A DNA stretch of 64,000 bases from an uncultured Lentisphaerales bacterium (lineage in GTDB: Bacteria; Verrucomicrobiota; Lentisphaeria; JABSQK01; UBA12247): positions 64,001 through 128,000 of the forward strand of contig CALSSJ010000011.1 of assembly GCA_943788985.1 (NCBI GenBank). The letters are read 5' to 3'. The notes beneath the pieces were generated by a model. That model saw only the letters and a program-made list of their open reading frames with translations, did no database searches and was not told where the DNA came from. Shown piece after piece: positions 38,219 through 48,184 of this stretch. The position numbers and the translations under genes were made by a program. The stretch's first letter is position 1. The number at the start of each line of letters is the position of its first letter.

Positions 38219-39523
38219 ATGGATGCCCACTTAACTCCCAAGCACGCAGTCACGATTCTGCTGCCAACCAAGCGCGAAGCAGCAAACCTCCGGTGGCTGT
38301 GCGGCGCGCTTCATGAAGAATTGGATCCGCATGTGCGGGAACTTGAGATTCTAGTCGTCGACACCCCGACAGGTGACGGTTCAGAAGAGCTGTGTGCGGA
38401 GCTTGGCGCCCGCTATGTTGGCGATCCGACCCTGGGATTTGCCGATGCGTTGCGGCGTGGGTTCCAGGAAGCCACGCACGATATTATCGTGACCATGGAC
38501 GCTGATGGCTCGCATCATCCGCTCTATATTCGCTGGATGCTGTATGAGATCGACGATGTCGACCTCGTCATCTGTTCGCGCTACGTCGGCCGTGGCGGCC
38601 AGGAAGCCACCGCCTTTCGCTATGTCACCAGCCTGATTTTGAATCAATGGGTCGGCACCGTCTGTTCCATGCCAATCCGCGATTTGTCGGGTGGCTTCAA
38701 AATGTACCGTCGGTCCGTTCTGGAGACGATTAATCTGGACAGCACCGGATTCGAGATCCAATGCGAGATTGCGATCAATACCTATGGCAACGGCTTCCGC
38801 CTGCGCGAAATTCCGTTTTGCTATCATCCTCGTCTCGAAGGCCGCAGCAAAGCCGCTGTGGTCAAATACGGACTCGCCTTTCTGTTCGGCAGCATGCGCC
38901 TGCGGCGCTATCGCAATTCCCGCGAGTTCTGCGATTACGATGAACGGGCCTACAAGAGCCGTATCCCGATGCAGCAATGGTGGCAGCGCACTCGGTATCG
39001 CAAGATGATCGAACGCATGATCCCCGAGGGCGTGACCATCGATGTGGGCTGCGGCAGTGGCCGTATCATGCTGGGCTGGCCCAAGGTCATCGGCATCGAT
39101 GTCAATAAATCCGTGCTCCGCTACCTGCGCCAGGACGAGCGTCGCGCCATCGAGGCCGATGGTTCCAAGCTGCCCGTGCTCAGCGAGTCCGTGGATCGTC
39201 TCTACTGCGCAGAGGTGGTCGAACATCTGCAGGATCCCGGGCCCATGCTCGACGAACTGGTTCGGGTGATGAAACCCGGAGCCCAGCTGATGATCACCAC
39301 GCCAAACTATGGCTCGATCATCTGGCCGTCTCTCGAATGGCTTTACGAGTTACTGCTGCCGCCTGCCACCGGGCATAAGCACCACACGCGGTACAAAGCC
39401 GCCACCTTGGTCGAGGCCCTCAGCAGCCGCGGCCTCACGCTGCTGCACAAGACCACCATGCTCAACGCGATCTTGATCATGCATTTCGAGAAGCCTGGCA
39501 GGAGTGATTCTAGCGATGGATGA
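38219..39523 (+). CDS. GT2 (DPM1-like polyprenol-phosphate glycosyltransferase) fused to class I SAM methyltransferase
   Basis: LPTKRE, VVD, MDADGSH, SRY..GG, DLSGGFKMYRR, GFEIQ.E, then DVGCGSG, EVVEH, KPGA...ITTPN. Start set at ATG 38219. Confidence 0.88.
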   Translation: MDAHLTPKHAVTILLPTKREAANLRWLCGALHEELDPHVRELEILVVDTPTGDGSEELCAELGARYVGDPTLGFADALRRGFQEATHDIIVTMDADGSHHPLYIRWMLYEIDDVDLVICSRYVGRGGQEATAFRYVTSLILNQWVGTVCSMPIRDLSGGFKMYRRSVLETINLDSTGFEIQCEIAINTYGNGFRLREIPFCYHPRLEGRSKAAVVKYGLAFLFGSMRLRRYRNSREFCDYDERAYKSRIPMQQWWQRTRYRKMIERMIPEGVTIDVGCGSGRIMLGWPKVIGIDVNKSVLRYLRQDERRAIEADGSKLPVLSESVDRLYCAEVVEHLQDPGPMLDELVRVMKPGAQLMITTPNYGSIIWPSLEWLYELLLPPATGHKHHTRYKAATLVEALSSRGLTLLHKTTMLNAILIMHFEKPGRSDSSDG

Positions 39524-40310
39524 TGTCGTCAAGGTTGTGATTCTGGCCATCGTCCAGGGAATCGCAGAATTTTTGCCCATCAGTTCATCCGGTCATCTGG
39601 CTGTGCTGAGCAAGCTGTTTGGCTTCCAAGACGATGAGAATGTGCTGATGTCCATCGCACTGCATGCGGGCACCTTACTGTCGATTATCCTTTACTATCA
39701 CAAAGACCTGCTGTCGATGCTTCAGCCCAAGAACTTCAAGCTGGCGCTGCTGATTGGCCTGGGCACGATCCCCGCCGTGATCGTCGGGCTGGGCCTGAAG
39801 GATATGATGGATCAGTTTGTCAATACGCCGCTCTTTATCGCTGGCTTCTTCTGTTGCACGGCCGCCATCCTGTTCTTTTTGCATAATCGGGAGCCGATTG
39901 GCAAGCCGCTAAAAGAGATCGGGCCGCGCGATGCGTTGGCGATCGGCGTGCTGCAGGCGATCGCCATTCTGCCAGGTATCTCGCGCAGCGGCTCCACCAT
40001 CGCCATTGCCACTCGTCTGGGCTATGACCACGAGGACGCTGCACGTTTTTCCTTTCTTCTCGGCATTCCTGCGATTGGTGGTGCGGTCGTGTTGTATCTC
40101 AAGGACATTCTGGAGATGGGTGCTAATGAGTCAGGCGGCAGTGTGACGCTTCCGCTTTTGTTTCTCGGCTTTGTCGTCTCGTTTGTCACTGGCTACGGTG
40201 CGCTGCTGTGCCTGATCAAGATCCTGCGCAAGGGCAAGCTCCACCACTTCGCGATCTACCTGGTCTGCATTGCCATTATTCTGGCTGGCTTTACGTTTTT
40301 CGGGTCCTGA
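39516..40310 (+). CDS. uppP: Undecaprenyl-diphosphate phosphatase (BacA)
   Basis: QGIAEFLPISSSGHL, H.GT, PGISRSGSTI, AARFSFLL.IPA. Confidence 0.96.
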   Translation: MDDVVKVVILAIVQGIAEFLPISSSGHLAVLSKLFGFQDDENVLMSIALHAGTLLSIILYYHKDLLSMLQPKNFKLALLIGLGTIPAVIVGLGLKDMMDQFVNTPLFIAGFFCCTAAILFFLHNREPIGKPLKEIGPRDALAIGVLQAIAILPGISRSGSTIAIATRLGYDHEDAARFSFLLGIPAIGGAVVLYLKDILEMGANESGGSVTLPLLFLGFVVSFVTGYGALLCLIKILRKGKLHHFAIYLVCIAIILAGFTFFGS

Positions 40311-40583
40311 ACCGGGGCTGGGAAGGAAGTTTGAAGGGGGGAAGTGTGAAGTGTGACGGGGGGGAGGATGCCACTCCGCTGCGCTACGAGGCTCACCACA
40401 AACCTACGACCGATGGCGGATCGCGAGAGAATCAAAGTCTTTGCTCCAGTGTCTCTGTGGTTTGTTCTTGTCCGTTCCCTGCTCTCTTTTTCTTCGGCCG
40501 ATCAGGCTAGCTCGAGGGCGCGAGGACGCCACGGTGCAAGGCCGTAGCTTGTTTGTTCTGTGCTGCGAACGGACTTCCCTTTG

Positions 40584-41030
40584 ATGAAACTCTCCCAACC
40601 TTTTCCCTGCCTGCTGCTCGTGGAGCGGGAGCTTGTCCACGACTCACTGTCGCGCTGGTCGCTCATCATTTGGGCTGCGGCGCCGCTGGCATTTCTGTAG
40701 GCAGTGCTGAGGATGCGCCTTGTGTCTGCTGGCGCACCCGGCTTGGTTTTGTTCGAGCGCTTGATGTGGGCAAATGGTCTGCTGTTGCCGTTTTACACGA
40801 CCTTGGCCTCGAGCGGGCCCGATCCCGTGGCAAACTGGGCTGCCGATCCACTTGGTGCTTCGCTGCCGGAGCGTGCCGCTACTGCGGACGGCTTCTCGCT
40901 TACTTTCGACACTGGCACAGACATCCTCAGCTTCCCACAGGATGGCAGCGGAAAATCTGAGATCATGCTCAATCGCGACGGTGCCGCCTTCACGGCCAAG
41001 CGCTTGCGGACCACGATCCGCTTCCGCTAG
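40584..41030 (+). pseudogene. Possible degraded gene of unknown function
   Basis: ATG 40584 is in frame with the 40704-41030 ORF but interrupted by TAG at 40698. No recognised motif. Confidence 0.25.
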
Positions 41031-41065
41031 TAGTCCAGCATTATCTTGTTGGATATTCCTGAGGG

Positions 41066-43441
41066 TCAGCCTGGCATCAGCCGGAACGTGGGTGGCGCAT
41101 CGCCGGTAAGCCAGTAGTAGATGGCACCAATCAGCACGGTGATGATGCCAGCCAAGGCTTCGCCGGCAACAAGGCCTAGTGCGAGGGGTTTGAGCTTCTG
41201 ATAGATCGTCGCTCCGCCGTAGTGTGTCACCGCAGCTTTCAGCAGACAGCCGATGAGAAAGCTGGTCGCTAGCATTCGCGATTGAAAGGTGTCCAACATC
41301 AGGAAAATAAGCGGATGGATTGGCCAACGAGCAAAGCGGTGGCGGAGGAAGGAGAAGAGCAACACAAGCAAGAAGGTGGCTGCAAAGGCTGCGACGTAGG
41401 GCTTTAGTGGCGATGCCATGCTTAAGCGCGAGAGGCCTGAGGCATTCTGCGAATCGGCAAGAACGCCTTGTGCGTCCATGGTGTTGCTGATTTGGCTGTT
41501 AACCCGATAGGGAAATTTTGGGACGCCATCTGTGGTCCAGCCGTCGCCAACCACAACCGCGCCGTGCTGGTATTGCCAACAGAGCACGATGGGAACAGTC
41601 ACCACGAAACACAGCACCAGCGCGACCATCCCCCAACGCAAGGTCTTGCTGGCCGGGGCGCCGACGCGCTCAGTCAGGCAGGTGGCCGTGGCCGCAAAAG
41701 GCATCATTGCTTCTCGTGGATCGATCAGGAGCAAGCCGGAGATCATTGAAAGGACCAGCAATTGGTCTACGCCAACCGCCTTGGCGCCGATAAATCCCCA
41801 GATCATAGCACATGGGTAGAAGTGGGGATGGATAAAGAAGGCCCCAGCCTCGGCCACGAGCCGCGACACCACGGTGAAAATCATGATCACAATCAGGGAA
41901 TATGCGAGCGCCCATTGCCATTCCACGCCCACGAAGGAAAGCTGGACAACGAACAGCACAAAGGCGCCCATCGCGACGCGCGCCCACCATACGGACGACG
42001 CTTCGATCTGGTCCGGTGCCCGCAGGCCAAAGGTACGCCGCAGCACCGAGAAGTAGTACCGTCTCCCCGCGTAGAGTAGGACCAGAAACATGGCGGAAAA
42101 AGAGCCGGAATAGAAGCCTGAGCGTATCGTCGCGTCGAGATGGCCGCTCGTCATGGCCACCCCATAGCCTGCGAGGAGGCCGGTTGCCAGCGCCCCTAGC
42201 CATGGTGCCAGGCCCAGCGCTAGACCCACGTCGGTGGCTAGGAAGAAGGCGAAGCCAACGGCGGTAAAGTAGATCTGCGGGTCTGCATAGCCCCAGACGC
42301 CGCCCGTAGCCAAGGCTGGAAACAGATTGGCCACCGGGATAAAGTCGAACTTTAGGTGCATGGGAATGACTACTTCTGGCCACCAGCTGTGGGCATAGTT
42401 GTTCATGTGAATGGCGAACACCGATAACGTTCCCAGCCAGAATCGCCGATCGTGGAAGATGGCTGGCACGCTCTTGCCCTCTGCCGGAAGCAACATGCGC
42501 GCAAACTCGACCGTCGGATATGGCAGGCATTCGAAGTCAGCCCATCTGCGGTGCAGGACGAATGCCAGCCCGGCAACAAGGATGGATAAGGTCAATATCA
42601 GCGGAACCCAGAACAGCAGGCTGCGGCGCCAGGCGCCCCACGGTAGGTCTCGCACAGAGACGCTATCTTTGCCGGTGCCAAGGCCATTGGCGAAGCCGTC
42701 CAGTGCATCGGGGTAAGCGGCAACGTCGGCAAGCATCCGGTCCGGTGCCCGATCCACGGCTCCCAGCCGAAGCGGATGCAGGGCTGTGGGCATCTGTGCG
42801 TCCAGAATGACACGATTCACCTGCTGGCGCTCCCGATCGCTCAACGACTCCACCGGTCGCGCGCGCAGCTCCACGACGTGACGCGGCAGGCGCAGGTCCT
42901 CCGGTGGGTCCAGTCGTGGCCCGTCTATCACGGCATTGATCGCAGCCAGTGTTGCTGTTCCGGTCGCTGATGATGCGAGCATCTCGGGATCCGCAGCCGT
43001 TAGCTGTTGGCGCAGCCCAGAGTTAATCTCAATCGGGGAATTTTCTCCGGACAGGTTCTCGGCGACCCTGGCCCAGTCGCGAATATCGGCGAGGGTGGTG
43101 CGGGCATCAGGCGTACCCCAGCCCGCTTCGACACGGTCAAAGCGATGCGGGAGCATCTGATAGTTGGTGAAAAAGTGCATCAGCCCACGGCCTGGCAGGC
43201 AACACACGCACAGGACAATCGCCACGGCCACCGCCAGTTCCTTTCCTGCCAGCGGCCGAAACCGCAGGGCCTTCAGCGCCGGGTTTACGATCAGGACAAA
43301 TAGTAGTAGCGAGCCGAACACGGCGATCGGGATGTAGTTCCCGATGAGGTACGTCCCTTTCATGACCATGTCATTCATGAACGTAATCGGTCCCAATGCC
43401 ATGGCACATACTAGGCCGAGAATAATACTGCGTTTGGTCAT
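41066..43441 (-). CDS. Polytopic membrane protein, DUF6785/DUF6784-like putative peptide transporter
   Basis: Many TM segments, MTKRSIILGL, VNP.L, L.GKEL, W...E.L.YP, SRLVAEAG, WPIHP, YGG...Y.KLKP..LGL..GE. Confidence 0.75.
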   Translation of the reverse strand: MTKRSIILGLVCAMALGPITFMNDMVMKGTYLIGNYIPIAVFGSLLLFVLIVNPALKALRFRPLAGKELAVAVAIVLCVCCLPGRGLMHFFTNYQMLPHRFDRVEAGWGTPDARTTLADIRDWARVAENLSGENSPIEINSGLRQQLTAADPEMLASSATGTATLAAINAVIDGPRLDPPEDLRLPRHVVELRARPVESLSDRERQQVNRVILDAQMPTALHPLRLGAVDRAPDRMLADVAAYPDALDGFANGLGTGKDSVSVRDLPWGAWRRSLLFWVPLILTLSILVAGLAFVLHRRWADFECLPYPTVEFARMLLPAEGKSVPAIFHDRRFWLGTLSVFAIHMNNYAHSWWPEVVIPMHLKFDFIPVANLFPALATGGVWGYADPQIYFTAVGFAFFLATDVGLALGLAPWLGALATGLLAGYGVAMTSGHLDATIRSGFYSGSFSAMFLVLLYAGRRYYFSVLRRTFGLRAPDQIEASSVWWARVAMGAFVLFVVQLSFVGVEWQWALAYSLIVIMIFTVVSRLVAEAGAFFIHPHFYPCAMIWGFIGAKAVGVDQLLVLSMISGLLLIDPREAMMPFAATATCLTERVGAPASKTLRWGMVALVLCFVVTVPIVLCWQYQHGAVVVGDGWTTDGVPKFPYRVNSQISNTMDAQGVLADSQNASGLSRLSMASPLKPYVAAFAATFLLVLLFSFLRHRFARWPIHPLIFLMLDTFQSRMLATSFLIGCLLKAAVTHYGGATIYQKLKPLALGLVAGEALAGIITVLIGAIYYWLTGDAPPTFRLMPG

Positions 43442-43961
43442 CGGAGATCTGTTTTAGTGGTAACTGATAAGGCCGGTTAATTTAGCGCATTCTCTTCCCT
43501 ACGCTATTCGGAGATTTTACCAGGATGGTAGGGCTTACATTTGGGCGGCGTCTCGAGCTATTGGAATCTCACCCATTGGGCTTGGCTCGATCAGTTAGTA
43601 GTACGTGGACAAGCTCCCGTCGTGGAAAAGACGACGAATTTTCAGTCAATTTTTGGTCTGGCTTCGCATAGCTGTAACCATGGCTACCGGGTGCGGAACC
43701 TGGGGCCGCACGGGGTCCAAAAGGCGTATTCGTAGCCGGCGCGAGTTCATCTACGGGCTGTTAGGCTGGTAGACGTTATTAAAGCACCGGTGCCAACAGG
43801 GAATTAGGAAATAGACCCAAAGTGAGCCTTACCGGGTTGGTTCACGAGTTCTCGGCAAGCAAGACCTTGAATACGACTGCCTTCAGCGTACGTTCGAGGC
43901 GCATCGCAAAAAGACGATTGCTGGCTCCCTTTGCCTCAACGAATCAGGACAGAATGATCTC

Positions 43962-46154
43962 ATGGAAATCAACGTTAATTTTTTGGAGAACCTCAGGCTT
44001 GAAGCCAAGTTTGATGATTTCACTGTTGTCACGGATCAACCGATTCGCTACAAGGGTGATGGCTCTGCCCCAGGTCCCTTTGACTACTTCTTGGCATCAT
44101 CCGTCCTCTGTGCGGCATATTTCGTAAGGGTCTATTGCTTGGCTCGGGATATTCCGACAGAGGATATCAGGCTGTCTCAGAATAATATCATCGACCCGGA
44201 AAACAGATACAAACAGACATTCTTAATTCAGGTAGAGCTGCCAGATGACCTTTCGGACAAACACCGCGAAGGCATTCTTCGGTCTATCGATCGCTGCACC
44301 GTAAAAAAGGTCGTGCAGCAAACCCCTGAATTTAAGATCGAGACCGTATCGAGCCTGGGGAAAGACATTGGCTTGGCTTACGAAAGCGACTCTGGCCCTG
44401 ATGCGAGCACGGTGGTGCTCGGGAAAGATCTTCCTCTCGAAGACACAATCGCCAACATGACAGAGCTGCTGGCCGCTATCGGCATCAAGATCGAGATTTC
44501 CTCTTGGCGAAACATCGTGCCGAATGTCTGGTCGGTTCATATTCGGGATGCCGCTTCGCCGATGTGCTTTACCAATGGCAAAGGATCCACTCGGGATAGC
44601 GCCATTTGTTCGGCGCTGGGCGAGTACCTCGAGCGAACCAGCTGCAACTACTTCTACAACGATCATTACTTGGGCGAAGACCTAGCGACCCGTAGCTTTG
44701 TGCATTACCCCAATGAGAAGTGGTTCAAGGCCGGGCCCGATGACAGCCTGCCAGCTGGCCTATTGGATGAGACCTGTCTGGCACTCTATGATCCTGACAA
44801 CGAGCTTAAGGCCTCCAATCTGATCGATACCAATTCGGGACAGGTCGAGCGGGGGATATGCGCGCTGCCCTTCGAACGGCACTCAGACCAGGAAACGGTA
44901 TACTTCCCGACGAATCTGATCGGCAATCTCTTTGTCAGCAATGGGATGAGTGCGGGGAATACTCTTGATGAAGCGAAGGTGCAATGCCTCTCGGAGATCA
45001 TTGAACGAGCCGTGAAGAAGCAAATCATCGAAGGCGAGCTGAGTCTGCCCGACGTGCCCGCAGACGTGATCGAGCGGTATCCCACGATTGTCGCAGGAAT
45101 CGACGAGCTGGAGGCCAAGGGATTTCCGATCTTGGTCAAGGATGCTTCTCTGGGGGGGCAGTTTCCGGTGATGTGCGTGACCTTGATGAATCCCAAGACT
45201 GGCGGCGTGTTCGCCTCCTTTGGGGCGCATCCCAAGTTTGAGGTAGCGCTAGAGCGGAGCCTGACAGAGTTGCTGCAGGGGCGCAGTTTTGAGGGGTTAA
45301 ACGACATGCGGCCTCCCACCTTCAACAGCCTGGCTGTGACTGAGCCAAATAATTCCGTTGAGCACTTCATTGACTCCACGGGTCTCGTCTCGTGGAAGTT
45401 CTTCAGCGCCAAGAATGACTATGATTTCTGCGAGTGGGACTTTCCAGGCAGTACCGAAGAAGAAAGCACCTACCTCATAGGCCTTATCACTGGCTTGGGC
45501 AGGGAAGTGTATGTCTCGATCCACGAGGACCTAGGCGCCAAGGCTTGCCGGATCCTAGTTCCCGGCTATTCGGAGATCTATCCGATCGAAGACCTCATCT
45601 GGGACAATACCAACCGAGCCCTCGAGTTCCGAGAGGATATTCTCAACCTGCACGTGCTGAGTGATCAAGCGCTAACCGATCTAGTCGAAGCGCTGGAAGA
45701 AAGCCAGCTTGATAACTACACGCTCATCTCGACGCTCATCGGCATTGAATTCGATGAGAACACCGTCTGGGGTAAACTCGACGTTGGAGAATTGAAGCTT
45801 CTTAGCTATTTAGCGCTGAAGCAATTTGAAAACGCGAACGAGCTGGTCTTCGATTTCGTCAACTTCAACGATAATACAGTCGCACGGAGATTGTTTTATC
45901 AAGCCCTTAATGCCGCGCTTGACATCACCATCGACAAGGAATTAGAGATTGCGGATTACCTGGCCACAATGACGAGAATGTTCGGTGCCGAGACCATGGA
46001 CAGCGTCGTCGGCTCGATCTCCGGTGAGGTCAGATTCTACGGCTTGACCAAGACAAGCGTGAAGCTTGAGGGCCTTGACAAGCACCTGAGACTGATCGAG
46101 AGCTACAAGAAGCTCCACAAGGCCAGAGAAGAGAGAGCCGGCCAGGCTTGCTAG
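43962..46154 (+). CDS. OsmC domain / YcaO domain fusion protein
   Basis: N-terminal OsmC (DQP...GDGSAPGPFDYFLAS..LC, DRCTVKK), then YcaO motifs TNGKG, SALGEYLER, SNGMSAGN, SEIIER, ASFGAHP, ALERSLTELLQGR. Confidence 0.93.
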   Translation: MEINVNFLENLRLEAKFDDFTVVTDQPIRYKGDGSAPGPFDYFLASSVLCAAYFVRVYCLARDIPTEDIRLSQNNIIDPENRYKQTFLIQVELPDDLSDKHREGILRSIDRCTVKKVVQQTPEFKIETVSSLGKDIGLAYESDSGPDASTVVLGKDLPLEDTIANMTELLAAIGIKIEISSWRNIVPNVWSVHIRDAASPMCFTNGKGSTRDSAICSALGEYLERTSCNYFYNDHYLGEDLATRSFVHYPNEKWFKAGPDDSLPAGLLDETCLALYDPDNELKASNLIDTNSGQVERGICALPFERHSDQETVYFPTNLIGNLFVSNGMSAGNTLDEAKVQCLSEIIERAVKKQIIEGELSLPDVPADVIERYPTIVAGIDELEAKGFPILVKDASLGGQFPVMCVTLMNPKTGGVFASFGAHPKFEVALERSLTELLQGRSFEGLNDMRPPTFNSLAVTEPNNSVEHFIDSTGLVSWKFFSAKNDYDFCEWDFPGSTEEESTYLIGLITGLGREVYVSIHEDLGAKACRILVPGYSEIYPIEDLIWDNTNRALEFREDILNLHVLSDQALTDLVEALEESQLDNYTLISTLIGIEFDENTVWGKLDVGELKLLSYLALKQFENANELVFDFVNFNDNTVARRLFYQALNAALDITIDKELEIADYLATMTRMFGAETMDSVVGSISGEVRFYGLTKTSVKLEGLDKHLRLIESYKKLHKAREERAGQAC

Positions 46155-46305
46155 CGGCGGGGGGCGCGCTGAAGGTCAGCCAATTGGCATGGCGGCGTCT
46201 AGTGGTTCAGTAGCAAAACGAGATGTGCGAAGTACGCAGCCATGAACATGAAGATCGGCCCACCGAGGAGGTCCGGCACTTGGACAGTGCCGCAAACAGC
46301 GATAC

Positions 46306-46924
46306 TCAACGCATAACCGACGAGTGCGATCGCCGCAAAGACACGCAGGCAGCGACGGAACAAAGGCAGATCGAAGACAAGTAGGGATTCTTGGTGGCCA
46401 GGCCTTGCCGCCTCTTGCGGCGAATGTAGAGCAGGGCTGAGCTAGCCATGAGCAAGTAGGTAATGAGTATACCCCACTCTGATAGGGTCGGGACCGTGGG
46501 CAGTGTCGTGACGGCGCCAAAGGTAAGGGCGTAGGAATTACTGAGGCTGGTGATTCCGACTGTCGTGGCGTCCCCAGTTGTGGTATTGATGGTGTCGAGA
46601 GCCATCGTCTGGAAACCGTAAAGCGTATTGGTATTGGCATCAAAGCCGAGGCCGACAATTCTGCTGATGCCGTTAGGCCCTACCAAGGTTTCGGCGCCGC
46701 TCGTGGTATCGACTGTGTACAACTCAGTAAACCCGCCATTGAAAGCGCACATGTAGAGGGTGTTGCTGTTGATGTCATAGGCGTAGCTGTTCGGATTGGT
46801 GGTACCGTTAGGGCCGATTCGTCTCGACGGCGCTGCTATCGCTGACGATTAGGGTATTCGCAGCAAGCGTTTGGAAGCTGGCCGCCAAGAAGAGGATGGC
46901 GATGGGCAGATTAAGTCGATTCAT
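46306..46924 (-). pseudogene. IPTL-CTERM sorting-domain protein, frameshifted at ~46820
   Basis: AGAGG RBS and signal peptide from ATG 46924. The frame shifts at GAG ACG a ATC GGC. Two propeller-like repeats (IGPNG..YD.N.NTLY / VGPNG..FD.N.NTLY), then VPTLSEWG + TM + RRKRR. Confidence 0.8.
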
Positions 46925-48184
46925 TTGAGTACCTCTAGGGATTGTGCAACTCGACAGCAAAAGTTTGCGCTTGCGAAAATATTGAAGCAGGATAAAAAGG
47001 GTAATGTGGGAAAGCGCCTTAAAAAGCACTCTCTTTGCGGGAGGCAATTCACAGTTGGGCGAGCAAGGGGTCAGTTTCAGTGGCCTGCCAGGCGGGGGCA
47101 AGCTAAAAACACAACCGGAGGCAAAGCTCAACATGCCGACGTGCCTTGACCGATGCCGAAATCACATTGCGCAACTGGAGTCAGACGACGAACCCCTAAG
47201 CTGGCCCGAGTCTCAGGCCTACCGGAAAGCGGGACCGAAAAATAGAAAGCTGGCCCGCTAAACACGGTAGAGTAGCACTGGGGCTTTAAACCCGGGCCCC
47301 TCGTCGAAGCTTAGACAGAGATTGCCACTATACGGCTCTCCCGCTATTCTCGTCGGAAGGCATGCACCAGGAAATCCAACACTTCTGTGGTTAGAGAAGT
47401 TCATAAACCATCCTACGCAATCTCTTGTAGAGGATTTCACCATCTCGTAGAGGTCGGCAGCGTCGTTGGCTTTGGTGCCTTGATGAAGGAGTGCGCCCTG
47501 CGGCTTGGGTCCGGTGGATTTTCATCAGTGGAATTTTGCTGTCTCTGAGGGCGCGGCGGGCGCGGCTAGTAGGGTGAGGTTGTACAGCAGGGGCAAGGCC
47601 GAAAAGAGATATCAGGCACCTTTGGAGCGCAGCGGCCTCTTCTTCTCTTAGAACCATTGCCGAGCGCGGTGTCCGGCCCAAGCTGAACGAATACGGAAGG
47701 ACCGGCCACCGCCGCAGCCAGACCCGAAGGGAACGGCTGCGCCGGGACGACGCGTGAGTGGCAGCCGAGCAACACGAGACGGCCCGCTATTGCGGGAGTG
47801 ACTGCAAGGAATGGCGACTACTCATATCTTGCGGAGGTGTTGCCTTGAACTACATAATCAAGCCCTGACCCCGCCCGACGGGCTCACCTTGCAGATTCAT
47901 TCGTTTCAGAGAAAACGCCGGCATCTCCCACTGCACGGAGTGCATTCGGAGCATGTCATCGTTACACTTCCGGTTGAGCTGTTCGAGTACTTGATGACAC
48001 AGATAGCCGGGGGAGCTCCAGTTCCAGGCTTAGACTTAGACATCTCGAATTCAGCTGTCATGTCTTTCCCTTCATGGACTTCGACGCGCCAGCAGCGCCG
48101 AACTAATTGGCAGCACAAGGAGCCACCGACTAGATGAGCGTCGAACTGGCCCACGCACTTAGGAGTACACGTTCCATTCCCATT

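Noticed and set aside
43441..46924. YcaO-based RiPP gene cluster
   Set aside because: No credible precursor peptide, E1-like partner, dehydrogenase, TfuA or peptidase was found nearby.
46930..48180. Short ORFs and a nested stem near 47219-47270
   Set aside because: No recognisable protein or RNA family motif. Probably degraded sequence that I cannot support as a feature.
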